Of a stretch of 64,000 bases of DNA, positions 19,895-29,636 are shown piece by piece. The DNA lies in contig URKM01000002.1 of assembly GCA_900548365.1 (NCBI GenBank), positions 47,050 to 111,049 of the forward strand, written 5' to 3'. The DNA comes from an uncultured Collinsella sp. (lineage in GTDB: Bacteria > Actinomycetota > Coriobacteriia > Coriobacteriales > Coriobacteriaceae). The first letter of the stretch is position 1. Each line of letters opens with the position of its first letter. The position numbers and the translations under genes were made by a program. The notes beneath the pieces were generated by a model. That model saw nothing but the letters and a program-made list of their open reading frames with translations. It was not told the DNA's origin and ran no database searches.

Positions 19895-21355
19895 ATGGCA
19901 CATAACACCTCCGCCCCCGCCCTTACACCCGGAAACGTCATCTACCTCTACGGCGTCCTCCGCGACGCGATCGGCGTGGGCAAGCAGACGTTCATCACGC
20001 ACGTGGAAGCGGCGCTCGCCGACAAGCGGTTGACCGCCGATGACCTCGGTTTCGACTCGACCCAAGCCCTGCTCGAGTCGCTGGGCGACGGCGTCAAGCT
20101 CACGATATTCAAAGGAGGGCGGCTCTATGCGACGCTCGTCGCGCAGCCCGATTGGGACGCCGTCCTCGAAGCCGCATCCAAGAAACCCGATCAAAAAAGC
20201 ACCGCAAAGGGCAACAAGCCCTGGAAGCGCAAGAAGGGCAATAAAGCGATCAAGCCATGCTGCCCCAAACGCGTGAAGCGAGAGAAGCAGCCCGATCCAC
20301 AGCTCGAGGCGCCCGAGTCGCTCGGGGCGGTCCCGAACGCCGGCGTTCCCGCCCCTCAAACGGCAGCCGAAGAACCCGAGTCGGTCGAAGAGCCAAAACT
20401 CCGCAACGGCAACTTTTCATTTGACGATACCGTCGAGCCCGCGGTCGATGCGAGCCTCGCAAAAATCGATTTCGTCCAAGACGAAGGGTCCGCGGAGCCA
20501 CCCGCCGGTCAAGAGGATCCGGTAACCCCCGACGATGCGCCGAGCATCGCGGTGGTCGTTACGTATGACCCCTACACCGGCAACGAGGAGGAGACGGTCC
20601 TCACGTCCACACCCGGTGTAACCGGTGCGGCCGCTGCCTCCCAGCCAGACGTGTTCATCGGCCAAGCCGCCATGTGCCCGCCGCCCGCTCCCAAACAAGA
20701 AAACGCAACCAAGAACGATGTCCCGACCGGTTCGAAACGCGCTGCCCGGACCGCGTCGGAAACGCATGCGAATATGGCAGTGGAACCCCAGCCCGCGTCG
20801 AAATCACCGCGCGTTGCAGCAGCTGCACCGAAACCGGCGGGTGCATCCGCTTCGATACCTGTAGCTGCGCCCGCATCGGGTCCCGCGCCCGCTTCGGCGC
20901 CCGCTTCGGCACCCGCGCCCGCATCGGGTTCCGCGCCCGCTTCGGCCACCGCGGCAACGCCCGCGCCAATAAGCACGACCGCAGGTGCATCAGCTCCCGA
21001 AACAAAGCCCATGTCGACCCCTGCACCGAAGCTGCCCGCCGACCTCCCGGTCGATTTCACCTCCGAAGTCTACTGCCCCGCCAAGATCCTGCACGAGCTC
21101 ACACTGCTCTATCCGCTCGGCGCCGACGTCCTCGGCATCATCGGAGAATACTTCCAGCTCGCCTGCGACCGCGGCGACGTCGAGGCGAACCGCCGACGTG
21201 CAACGTTCCCCATTCGTTATCTGGAGGGCCGCAGCCGAATAACGGCGTTGATCCGCCTCGTGCGTCGCAAGCCGTCTGCAATGGGTCCGCTCTGGGCGAT
21301 CGATGCGGTTGACACCCCGGGCGAGTCAGGCGCAGACGACCAGGAATGCTCATAA
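19895..21355 (+). CDS. Hypothetical protein: LOTUS/OST-HTH-like N-terminal domain, Pro/Ala/Ser linker, globular C-terminal domain
   Basis: RBS aagga; N-terminal DLGFDSTQALLESLGDGVKL; Lys-rich patch; PAS repeats. Confidence 0.7.
   Translation: MAHNTSAPALTPGNVIYLYGVLRDAIGVGKQTFITHVEAALADKRLTADDLGFDSTQALLESLGDGVKLTIFKGGRLYATLVAQPDWDAVLEAASKKPDQKSTAKGNKPWKRKKGNKAIKPCCPKRVKREKQPDPQLEAPESLGAVPNAGVPAPQTAAEEPESVEEPKLRNGNFSFDDTVEPAVDASLAKIDFVQDEGSAEPPAGQEDPVTPDDAPSIAVVVTYDPYTGNEEETVLTSTPGVTGAAAASQPDVFIGQAAMCPPPAPKQENATKNDVPTGSKRAARTASETHANMAVEPQPASKSPRVAAAAPKPAGASASIPVAAPASGPAPASAPASAPAPASGSAPASATAATPAPISTTAGASAPETKPMSTPAPKLPADLPVDFTSEVYCPAKILHELTLLYPLGADVLGIIGEYFQLACDRGDVEANRRRATFPIRYLEGRSRITALIRLVRRKPSAMGPLWAIDAVDTPGESGADDQECS
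20867..20946 (+). repeat. Coding tandem repeat (APASG/PAPAS units)
   Basis: Near-identical 32-mers at 20867 and 20915 with an internal gcgcccgcttcg subrepeat. Confidence 0.8.
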
Positions 21356-21458
21356 CCCGGTTTCCCGAGCGTTTTTCGCCCACATTGCATAAATCGATGA
21401 CCATTTTGCATAGGGTTTTAGCCAAAATCGGATCAGCGCGCATTTTCGGGGTACCGGT

Positions 21459-21681
21459 TGGCACTAAATGCAAAAAATGAGTCTTTTGACCATACTTGAA
21501 CGGTTAATCGAGCAGATTTTCCGTACACGAGCGCTCGATTGATGCGACGATCGCCAAGTTTCAGCTAAATCGAACTGTAGATGCAGCCAAAAGTACCTAG
21601 TTATAGGTCAGATGTAGAGAAACAAAGTATACATTTTAACATGCGGGATATGAAAAGACTCAAATCTTGCATTTAGTGCCA
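21459..21681. mobile_element. MITE-like non-autonomous element (223 bp) with 29-bp imperfect terminal inverted repeats
   Basis: tggcactaaatgcaaaaaatgagtctttt (21459-21487) matches the reverse complement of 21653-21681 at 26/29 positions; AT-rich interior with no ORF; no target-site duplication seen. Confidence 0.6.
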
Positions 21682-21888
21682 TCAGTGGGAATTCGGCAGC
21701 CAGTACGCCAAGCACGTACTGGCTGCAACGCGCTTAGAGCCCTTTCCACCCGAAAGAATCGCGGCCGCGACGTGCACTCAGAGCACGTCGCGGCCGCTTC
21801 ACGACAATCCGGTCGCCCGGCCGCACGATGGCCGGACGCCAAAGGGGGCGCAGCTCAACCATGAACTGCGCCCCTTCGCTTATCGAAC

Positions 21889-23568
21889 CTAGTCTCGCGT
21901 GAACTTGCGGCGGATGCGATGGGGCTTCGCCGCGTCCTCACCCAGGCGGGCAATGCGGTTCTCCTGATACGCTTCGAAGTTGCCCTCGAACCAATGCCAG
22001 TTGCCGGGATTCTCGTCCGTGCCCTCCCACGCAAGGATGTGCGTGGCGACACGGTCCAGGAACATGCGGTCGTGGCTGATGACCACGGAGCATCCGGGGA
22101 ACTCCAACAGCGCGGACTCGAGCGAAGACAAGGTCTCGACGTCGAGATCGTTGGTGGGCTCGTCGAGCAACAGCAGGTTGCCGCCCTGCTTGAGCGTAAG
22201 CGCGAGGTTCAGGCGGTTGCGCTCGCCGCCGGACAGCACGCCGGCGCGCTTCTGCTGGTCGGAGCCCTTGAATCCGAAGCTGGCGACGTACGCGCGGCTC
22301 GGAACCTCGGTCTCGCCCACCTGCATGATGTCGAGGCCGTCGGATACGACCTCCCACAGGTTCTTGTCAGGATCGATGCCCTCACGGTTCTGGTCGACAT
22401 AGGAGATCTTCACGGTCTCGCCGATCTCGAGCGTGCCACCCGAAAGCTCCTCAAGCCCGCAGATGCACTTGAACAGCGTGGACTTACCGACGCCGTTGGG
22501 GCCGATGACGCCCACGATACCGTTGCGCGGCAGGGTGAAGGAGAGGTCGTCGATGAGCACGCGGCCGTCGAACTCCTTGTGCAGATGCTCGGCAACCAGG
22601 ACCTTGGCGCCCAGACGCGGGCCCACGGGAATACGGATATCGGTATAGTCGAGCTTCTGGCTCGCGCGGGCCTCGGCCTCCATCTCCTCATAGCGTGCCA
22701 GGCGTGCCTTGTTCTTGGCCTGGCGGGCCTTGGGCGAGGAGCGAACCCAGTCGAGCTCGGCCGCCATGCGCTTGGCGAGGCGCTCGTCGCGCTGGCCCTG
22801 TGCGGCGATGCGCGCTGCCTTGGTCTCCAGGTAGGTGGAGTAGTTGCCCTTGTACGGGTACAGGTGGCCGCGGTCGACCTCGCAGATCCACTCGGCGACG
22901 TGATCGAGGAAGTAACGGTCATGCGTGACGGCGAGCACGGCACCGGGATAGGTGCTCAGGAAGTGCTCGAGCCACAGCACGGACTCGGCGTCGAGGTGGT
23001 TCGTGGGCTCGTCGAGCAGGAGCAGGTCGGGCGCCTCGAGAAGCAGCTTGCACAGGGCGACGCGACGGCGCTCGCCGCCGGAAAGCACGCTCACCGGCGT
23101 GTCGGAATCGGGCAGCTGGAGCGCGTCCATCGCGACGCCGAGCTTCGAGTCGATATCCCAGCCGTCGGCGGTGTCGATCTCATCCTGAAGGCGTCCCATC
23201 TCGGCCATCAACGCGTCCATATCGGCATCCGGATCGCACATCTCCTCGCCGATCTTGTTGAAGCGGTCGACTTTCGCCAGGATATCGCCGAATGCCATGC
23301 GAACGTTCTCGATCACGGTCTTATCATCGTCGAGCGGCGGCTCCTGCTGCAGGATGCCCACGGTGTAGCCGGGCGTCAGGCGGGCGTCGCCGTTGGACAC
23401 CTCCTCGATACCGGCCATGATCTTGAGCAGCGTGGACTTGCCCATGCCGTTGGGACCCACCACGCCGATCTTCGCGCCGGGATAGAACGAGAGGGTCACG
23501 TCGTCCAAGATCACCTTGTCGCCGTGCGCCTTGCGCGCCTGATACATCTGGTAGATGAATTCTGCCAT
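21889..23568 (-). CDS. ettA: Energy-dependent translational throttle protein (ABC-F)
   Basis: MAEFIYQM..FYPGAKIGVVGPNG; two ABC domains; ELDWVRSSPKARQAKNKARL linker. Confidence 0.95.
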   Translation of the reverse strand: MAEFIYQMYQARKAHGDKVILDDVTLSFYPGAKIGVVGPNGMGKSTLLKIMAGIEEVSNGDARLTPGYTVGILQQEPPLDDDKTVIENVRMAFGDILAKVDRFNKIGEEMCDPDADMDALMAEMGRLQDEIDTADGWDIDSKLGVAMDALQLPDSDTPVSVLSGGERRRVALCKLLLEAPDLLLLDEPTNHLDAESVLWLEHFLSTYPGAVLAVTHDRYFLDHVAEWICEVDRGHLYPYKGNYSTYLETKAARIAAQGQRDERLAKRMAAELDWVRSSPKARQAKNKARLARYEEMEAEARASQKLDYTDIRIPVGPRLGAKVLVAEHLHKEFDGRVLIDDLSFTLPRNGIVGVIGPNGVGKSTLFKCICGLEELSGGTLEIGETVKISYVDQNREGIDPDKNLWEVVSDGLDIMQVGETEVPSRAYVASFGFKGSDQQKRAGVLSGGERNRLNLALTLKQGGNLLLLDEPTNDLDVETLSSLESALLEFPGCSVVISHDRMFLDRVATHILAWEGTDENPGNWHWFEGNFEAYQENRIARLGEDAAKPHRIRRKFTRD

Positions 23569-23763
23569 GGAAGCTCCATTTCATACGGGGCTCTTTAGTC
23601 ATACGGGTTTATTCTCGCATGAAACGAAACCCTGCGGAAAATCTTGATGAATTCTGCTGGCACCACCCACGGAACCGTCCGCAATACCTGGATTGACGCA
23701 TAATAGTGGGACGACTCTTACCTATATTGTTTTCCAATAAGCATTCGCTACGAGGGGAAGCCG

Positions 23764-24633
23764 ATGGCGCAGCAGCAAACACCGCAAGCCGACCACCAGC
23801 CTGCAGAGACCATGACCACCAAGCTCGCGGTCATATTGGGCGAAGACGGCGTGAAGCGTCTGGACCAAGCCCGCGTAGCGGTCTTTGGCTGCGGCGGCGT
23901 GGGCTCCAACTGCATTGAAGCCCTGGCGAGGGGCGGCGTGGGCACCCTCGCCATCGTCGACAAAGACGTAGTTGCCCCCAGCAACATCAACCGCCAGGCC
24001 ATCGCATACCACAGCACCATCGGCCGTCGCAAAATCGACGTGACGGAAGAGATGATCCACGACATCAACCCGCGCTGCCGCGTGATAGCCCGCCATTCAT
24101 TTGTGCTCGCGGAAAATATCGAGGAACTCCTGGCGCAGCTGGAACGGGAATGCGGCGGACCTTTTGACTACATTGTGGACGCCATCGACACCGTCTCGAC
24201 CAAGCTCGCCATCGCCAAACTCGCCCAAGAGCGAAGTCTGCCGCTCATCAGCTCCATGGGGGGCGCCAACAAGTTGCATCCAGAATGCCTGCGCATCGCC
24301 GACGTCCATAAGACGGTTAACGACTCGCTCTCGCGCATCATGCGCAAAGAGTGCCGCAAACGCGGAATCCGCCACCTTAAAGTGCTCTACTCTTGCGAAG
24401 AGCCCATGCACCTTAAGGCGCGCGAGGGCGCCGCACGCAGCGAGCGCAGCGATCTGGGTACGGCATCTTTTATGCCGCCCATCATGGGCCAGATGATCGC
24501 GGGCGAGGTCATTCGCCAAATATCCGGCGTGGGCACGCAGTCCGATACCACCGCAGCACTTGCCATGCATGATGCCGCGCAGCGCGGGGCGCTTGCGGGG
24601 CGCAAGGGGTCATCATCCAAGAAGAAGTCGTGA
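23764..24633 (+). CDS. tcdA: tRNA threonylcarbamoyladenosine dehydratase (ThiF family)
   Basis: GCGGVGS, SNINRQ, DAIDT, ISSMGGANKLHP, VLYSCEEP. Confidence 0.85.
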   Translation: MAQQQTPQADHQPAETMTTKLAVILGEDGVKRLDQARVAVFGCGGVGSNCIEALARGGVGTLAIVDKDVVAPSNINRQAIAYHSTIGRRKIDVTEEMIHDINPRCRVIARHSFVLAENIEELLAQLERECGGPFDYIVDAIDTVSTKLAIAKLAQERSLPLISSMGGANKLHPECLRIADVHKTVNDSLSRIMRKECRKRGIRHLKVLYSCEEPMHLKAREGAARSERSDLGTASFMPPIMGQMIAGEVIRQISGVGTQSDTTAALAMHDAAQRGALAGRKGSSSKKKS

Positions 24634-24641
24634 TCCGCAAC

Positions 24642-25400
24642 ATGGAGCATTTGTATGACATGCACTGCCACCTTGGTTCCATGCCGAACGCGGACCAGGT
24701 AGCGAAACGGGCGGAGCAGCTCGGCCTCGTCCTGCTCAACGTGACGGTTTCCCCTACCGATGCCAACGAGTCCGCGCGGCTGAACCACCACGCCAACGTG
24801 CGTGCTGCGTGCGGCCTGCATCCCTGGTGGATCGCCAACGGGACCTGCGATGAAGAGGACGTTGCACGGGCAGCGACCATGTGCGCCGCATCGCGCTTCG
24901 TAGGCGAGATCGGTCTCGACTTCAGCGGCGAGCGCATGGCGAGCACACCGCAGCAGCAAGAAGCATTCGGCCGGATCATCCAATCTTGCGCAGAGCATCC
25001 CGTGACGGGACGAGTCATCTCCATCCACGCCGTGCGCGCGGCAAGCGAGGTGCTCGACACCCTGCAGCGCTTTGACATGCCGCACAACTCGACATGCATC
25101 TTCCACTGGTTCACGGGCACGAGCGACGAACTTGCCCGAGCCCGCGCTTTGGGCTGCTACTTTTCCGTCAATGCGCGTATGCTCGCCACCAAGCGCGGGC
25201 GCGAATACGCACGGCAGATTCCGCTGGGCAAGCTATTGCTTGAAACCGATGCGCCAAAGGAGTTTGGAGACCCGGGCGACGCGCAGGTCCTTGCCGGCGA
25301 GCTAACGCAAACACTCTCTATGTTGGACGATATCCGAAAAGAGCGAAAGGAGCTCTTAGCCGGCAGCATAGCGCAAACCAGCCAGGAGCTCCTAGGATAA
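24642..25400 (+). CDS. TatD-family hydrolase
   Basis: DMHCH, GLHPW, GEIGLD, SIH, FHWF, LLETD; alternative GTG start at 24630. Confidence 0.9.
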   Translation: MEHLYDMHCHLGSMPNADQVAKRAEQLGLVLLNVTVSPTDANESARLNHHANVRAACGLHPWWIANGTCDEEDVARAATMCAASRFVGEIGLDFSGERMASTPQQQEAFGRIIQSCAEHPVTGRVISIHAVRAASEVLDTLQRFDMPHNSTCIFHWFTGTSDELARARALGCYFSVNARMLATKRGREYARQIPLGKLLLETDAPKEFGDPGDAQVLAGELTQTLSMLDDIRKERKELLAGSIAQTSQELLG

Positions 25401-25415
25401 TCACAGCGCGGTGCT

Positions 25416-25876
25416 TTAGGACGAGAACATCTCCCCGATTGCTTTAGCGACCGCGCGAGCCAGCTTCCTATGCCCTTGGGGGGTCATATGAATATGGTCG
25501 ATAGGACTGGGCTCGCACACCTTGGACGCATCCAGATATGCGCATCCCTGCTCATCCGCAACCACGCGATACGGTTCCGCAACTTCATGCGAAACGCGCA
25601 CCGAATGCTCGCCAAAAGATGAAAGGACCACGTTGCGAGCGCCATCGGCAACTCGTCCAAACCGCACAGGCCGCCTTCAAAGGGATCTCGATGCACCGTG
25701 GTGCGGCCGCAAAGCCCCTCCTCGACAATCCGCCAATCAGGCCCCAGCAGCCCTTGCAGAACTCCGGGCCAGCGCACATCGACCGGATAGCGAAACCTCG
25801 TACCGCTCGCTACACCCTGAGGGTCATATCCAAAGGTGTTGCTGTCGCCAAAGCACAGCACCGTTTTGTTAGCCAT
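25416..25876 (-). pseudogene. SGNH/GDSL hydrolase with internal deletion and frameshift
   Basis: Block I FGDSNT and block II EEGLCGRTT lie in one frame and block V DHIH in another; block III (GTND) is missing; junction near 25630. Confidence 0.8.
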
Positions 25877-26005
25877 AAGCTCCTCCTCGCAACAGGGATC
25901 AGCGCATGAATGAAACCGCAACACGCCGCCAATGGTACCGCGACGGAACAGGCGCGCATAAGCAAAATGCCCGACCACGCAACGCGGTCGGGCTCGACGA
26001 GCAAC

Positions 26006-26878
26006 CTAGTCCTCGTATGCCAGCGGGTGGCCCCAGCTGCCCTCGATCTTGCAGGTCTCGGCCGCAAAGCCGGCTGCGAAGTCCAGGCTCTCGCGAATCG
26101 CGTCCGCGCCGCCCTCGCCCGCCTTCCGCTTTGAGAGGTAGGTAACCAAGAACGCCGTCAACAGCGAGTCGCCAGCCGCCATGGCATCCTTGAGGTCCTC
26201 GGGCGCGACGGGCTTGATGCCCTGCTCGTAGAAGCTTTCTCCATCGTATGCAACGGAGCCCTTGCTGCCGCGCGATGCGCATACGATCTGGGGACCCAAA
26301 GCCTTCACCCATTCGAGCTTCGACTTGATATCCTCCAGGGACGCATCACCCATCGACATAAAGGCATAGGTCACAAACGGCGCAATCTGCTCGAAGTATT
26401 CATCGGTCGAGTCATCAGAGAAATCGAAGCTGATAGGCACGCCGGCAGCTTTGATCTTGGGCAGCTCTCGCTCGGTGAAGCAGTAATTACCGCTGTGCAC
26501 CAGATCAAAGCCGCGAACGTATTCGGCGGCGAAACGGTCGATCACGTAACGCATATCACCGCGGATACCGCCCTCATTAGACCCAAGGAAGATACGGTCG
26601 CCGGTCTCGTCCACGGTCACGCGCGCGGCGCCGTTGACGCCCAAAACCTGCTGGCAACGCAAAAGCTCAATGCCCTCGTCCTCAAGCGAAGCGATAACGT
26701 GCTCCGCTTCGGCATCGGAGCCGAAGATGCCCATGTAGGCGCTGCGCTCGACGCCCAGCTTCTTGGCGAAGACAGCGAAGTTCACCGCGTTGCCGCCGGG
26801 ATACATGGTTTTGATGTGCTCGTATTTGTCTACGACATTATCTCCGAAACCAAGCACGCTAATGGGGAATGTTGCCAT
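26006..26878 (-). CDS. frlD: Fructoselysine 6-kinase-like PfkB kinase
   Basis: GDNVVDKY..MYPGGNAVNFAV, SFDFSD, DAMAAGDS; adjacent to frlB. Confidence 0.85.
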   Translation of the reverse strand: MATFPISVLGFGDNVVDKYEHIKTMYPGGNAVNFAVFAKKLGVERSAYMGIFGSDAEAEHVIASLEDEGIELLRCQQVLGVNGAARVTVDETGDRIFLGSNEGGIRGDMRYVIDRFAAEYVRGFDLVHSGNYCFTERELPKIKAAGVPISFDFSDDSTDEYFEQIAPFVTYAFMSMGDASLEDIKSKLEWVKALGPQIVCASRGSKGSVAYDGESFYEQGIKPVAPEDLKDAMAAGDSLLTAFLVTYLSKRKAGEGGADAIRESLDFAAGFAAETCKIEGSWGHPLAYED

Positions 26879-26990
26879 GGCTAGCTCCAATCAAATACGT
26901 TTCCGCGCCGCGGCGAGCAACAGGGGCGCTGAAAGACCACGTGGTAGACCCGCGCCCCGCCACCGCATCAGCGACCGTCGCTATAAGGGT

Positions 26991-27959
26991 TTAGTACTTT
27001 TCGATACCCATGTAGCGGCGGACGTCCGGATGATGGTCGAAAACCTTACCGCGAGCGGAGCGCAGCTCGCAGTTCATAGCATAGAACAGGATGGGGTCAA
27101 GGTAGGCGCGGACGCTGCCCGCGATCCGGTCCATGCCGTACTCCATGGCATCGAGCACCATGAGGGTGTCGGTATGGGTCTCAAGGAACGCCAGCGCGCG
27201 CTCGTCCATAGCGCGGCACTCGCTGGAGGACATCTGCAGGAAGTAGAACACGCCGGGCTCGGTGACCTCGAAGGGGCCATGGAAGTACTCGCCGGAATGG
27301 ATATAGGCGCAGCTCTGCCACTGCATCTCCATCAGCGAGCAGATGGCGAATCCGTAGGTCTGGCTGAAAACGGGACCGGAGCCCAGGATGTAGAGGAACT
27401 TGTGATCCCGGCAGAGCGCGGCGAAGCGGTCGCACAGCTCGGCGTTGACCTTCTCGCGAGCAGCGGGCAGGATCTGATCCATCTTGGCGATGCCGGCGTA
27501 CATGTCCGCCAGATCCGCGTAGCCCTCCTGCTGGTCGAGGACCTCCGCCGCAAGGGCCAGGGAGATGCCGGCGGGAACCTCGGCCTGGGGTACACCCTCG
27601 CCCCACGGATAGACCCAGCACGTCCACTCGCCGTTATCGATGCCGGATCCGGCGTTGTCGGTCTGGGCGATAACGGTGGCGCCGGCGGCCTTGGCGATGG
27701 TGCATGCATCGATCACCTCGGGCGTGTTGCCGGAGTGGCTGCAAGCGATAACCAGGGACTTCTCGCCCAGACGCTTGGGGCGCATGATATCGAACTCGCG
27801 AGCGGTATAGGCCTCGCTGGTGAAGGTGGTCGCCTCGCGCTTCAGCAGCTCGTGGGCGGGCAGCAGGTCGATGAGGGAACCGCCGCAGGCAACCCAGAAG
27901 ACGCTATCGAACCCGCCCTTCTCGGCGATGGCATCGGCGATGAGATCGTGTGCGTTCAT
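26991..27959 (-). CDS. frlB: Fructoselysine-6-phosphate deglycase (SIS domain)
   Basis: VACGGS, SHSGNTPE, CSLMEMQW, IHSGEYFHGPFE, RRYMG. Confidence 0.9.
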   Translation of the reverse strand: MNAHDLIADAIAEKGGFDSVFWVACGGSLIDLLPAHELLKREATTFTSEAYTAREFDIMRPKRLGEKSLVIACSHSGNTPEVIDACTIAKAAGATVIAQTDNAGSGIDNGEWTCWVYPWGEGVPQAEVPAGISLALAAEVLDQQEGYADLADMYAGIAKMDQILPAAREKVNAELCDRFAALCRDHKFLYILGSGPVFSQTYGFAICSLMEMQWQSCAYIHSGEYFHGPFEVTEPGVFYFLQMSSSECRAMDERALAFLETHTDTLMVLDAMEYGMDRIAGSVRAYLDPILFYAMNCELRSARGKVFDHHPDVRRYMGIEKY

Positions 27960-27974
27960 TGTTGTGCTTCCTTT

Positions 27975-28034
27975 CTGTACGGCGGACGATGCCGCCAAGG
28001 TTTACTGTACGGCGGACGATGCCGCCAAGGTTTA
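27975..28034. repeat. Perfect 30-bp tandem duplication
   Basis: ctgtacggcggacgatgccgccaaggttta x2, each copy with a ggcgg/ccgcc hairpin. Confidence 0.95.
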
Positions 28035-28114
28035 CCGATATGTCGCAGCGTCGGGCATTTTTGCTAGACGCGGGTGCTCATGGTGTTGGTCGATGGTCAT
28101 GTACGAAGTACCTC

Positions 28115-29578
28115 CTACACCGGCAGTAGACCGGAGATCATGGTCGCAACCAAGCCGAACAGAACCATGAAGATGAAGAACTTCCAAATGGTCTTCCACC
28201 ACTGGCCAAAGGAAATCTTTGCGACCGCAAGGCCCGCTACGGTCATTCCGGCGACGGGGCTGATGGTGTTGATAGTCTGGTTTGCGAATTGCAGCGCGGT
28301 GACGGCGGCCTCGGGGTTGAGACCCATGAGCTCGGTCAGAGGACCCATGACGGGCATGGTGAGCGCGGCAAGACCCGAGCTGGACGGAACCAGCAGGGAG
28401 AGCAGGCCCAAGACGATATACATGAACGTGGTGTAGATGAAGGACGGAGCGCCCGCCAGAAGACCAGCAAGCCAGTTGAGGATGGAGTCGATGATCATGC
28501 CGCCCTCGGCGACGACAAGGATACCGCGAGCGATACCGATGATGCAGGCAGCGTAAGCGAAGTCGGCGATGCCGCGGACAAACTCCTCGGCGATGGTCTT
28601 CTCGTCCAAACCGCCAAGAATGCCGGCGAGCAGGCCCATTGCCAAAAAGACCATGGAGATCTCATTCATGTACCAGCCCTGGGTGACAAGACCCCAAACG
28701 ATGATGCCCATGCCAACAGCGAAGTCTATAAGGACCAGCTTGTGACGGAGGGTGAACTCCTCCTCGACGGAAGCATCGGCGACCGAGAACTCGATGCGCT
28801 TCTGCTTATCGTCCTCATACGTTATCGAGGACTTGGGATCGAGCTTAACGCGGCGCGCGTAGCGCATGGCCCAGGCAATGCCCACGGCGGTAAAGATAAC
28901 CCACAAAACGGCGCGGAACCACAGCTGGGGATTGCCCTCGATGCCGATGACGCCCTGCGCGATCAGAACGTTGAAGGGGTCGATGGTGGATGCGCAGTAG
29001 CCGAGGTTGGGACCGAGGAAGCAGATGATGAACGCGGTCATGGAATCATAGCCTATGCTCAGCATGATGGGGATGAAGATCGCGTAAAACGGCAGGGCCT
29101 CCTCGGACATGCCGAACGTAGAACCGCAGATCGAGAGCAAGACCATGGAGATGGGGATGATCAAGATGTCCTTGTTCTTCAGCTTCTTGATAACGCGGCT
29201 CATACCGGCGTTCAGCGCATTGGTCTTGGTGACGATAGCAAACGAGCCGCCGATAAGAAGAACGAATGCAACGACATCTGCCGCGGCCTGGATGCCCTTC
29301 GTAGGAGCCTGCAGGACCGCATCGATTCCCTGGCGAAGGTCGACGGTCTCCCCCGTCTCCGGATCGGTATAGACCTTGTCAACTTCCTGATACGTGCCGG
29401 CTACGGCCACTTCTCGCTCGCCCGCAGCCGTCTGGATGGTCTCCCGGTCAAACTGACCCGATGGAACAAGCCATGTGAGCACCGCGAAGAAGATGATCAG
29501 CATGAACGCGATGGTGTACACATGGGGAAGCTGAAAGCGAAATCTACGCTTGGGCTTCTCCTTGGTAGCGTCTGACAT
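28115..29578 (-). CDS. YfcC-family (basic amino acid antiporter/ArcD-like) membrane transporter
   Basis: LPHVYTI..LTWLVPSGQF, GSTFGMSEE, GYDS, PFNVLIAQ, VPSSSGLAALTMP; many TM segments. Confidence 0.9.
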   Translation of the reverse strand: MSDATKEKPKRRFRFQLPHVYTIAFMLIIFFAVLTWLVPSGQFDRETIQTAAGEREVAVAGTYQEVDKVYTDPETGETVDLRQGIDAVLQAPTKGIQAAADVVAFVLLIGGSFAIVTKTNALNAGMSRVIKKLKNKDILIIPISMVLLSICGSTFGMSEEALPFYAIFIPIMLSIGYDSMTAFIICFLGPNLGYCASTIDPFNVLIAQGVIGIEGNPQLWFRAVLWVIFTAVGIAWAMRYARRVKLDPKSSITYEDDKQKRIEFSVADASVEEEFTLRHKLVLIDFAVGMGIIVWGLVTQGWYMNEISMVFLAMGLLAGILGGLDEKTIAEEFVRGIADFAYAACIIGIARGILVVAEGGMIIDSILNWLAGLLAGAPSFIYTTFMYIVLGLLSLLVPSSSGLAALTMPVMGPLTELMGLNPEAAVTALQFANQTINTISPVAGMTVAGLAVAKISFGQWWKTIWKFFIFMVLFGLVATMISGLLPV

Positions 29579-29636
29579 TCCTGTACCTCCCGTGCAATTA
29601 ATGATGCCTGCCCAATAGCAGCTATCGATAGCAGAC

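Noticed and set aside
21445..21695. Target-site duplication or transposase for the MITE-like element
   Set aside because: Flanks (taccggt / tcagtgg) are not duplicated and no transposase ORF lies in the window, so I assigned no IS family
21919..23598. 559-aa plus-strand ORF mirroring ettA, and similar long antisense ORFs opposite lysA, the PTS gene and pgi
   Set aside because: Antisense shadows caused by high-GC codon bias; no motifs, and the opposite strand encodes clear conserved proteins
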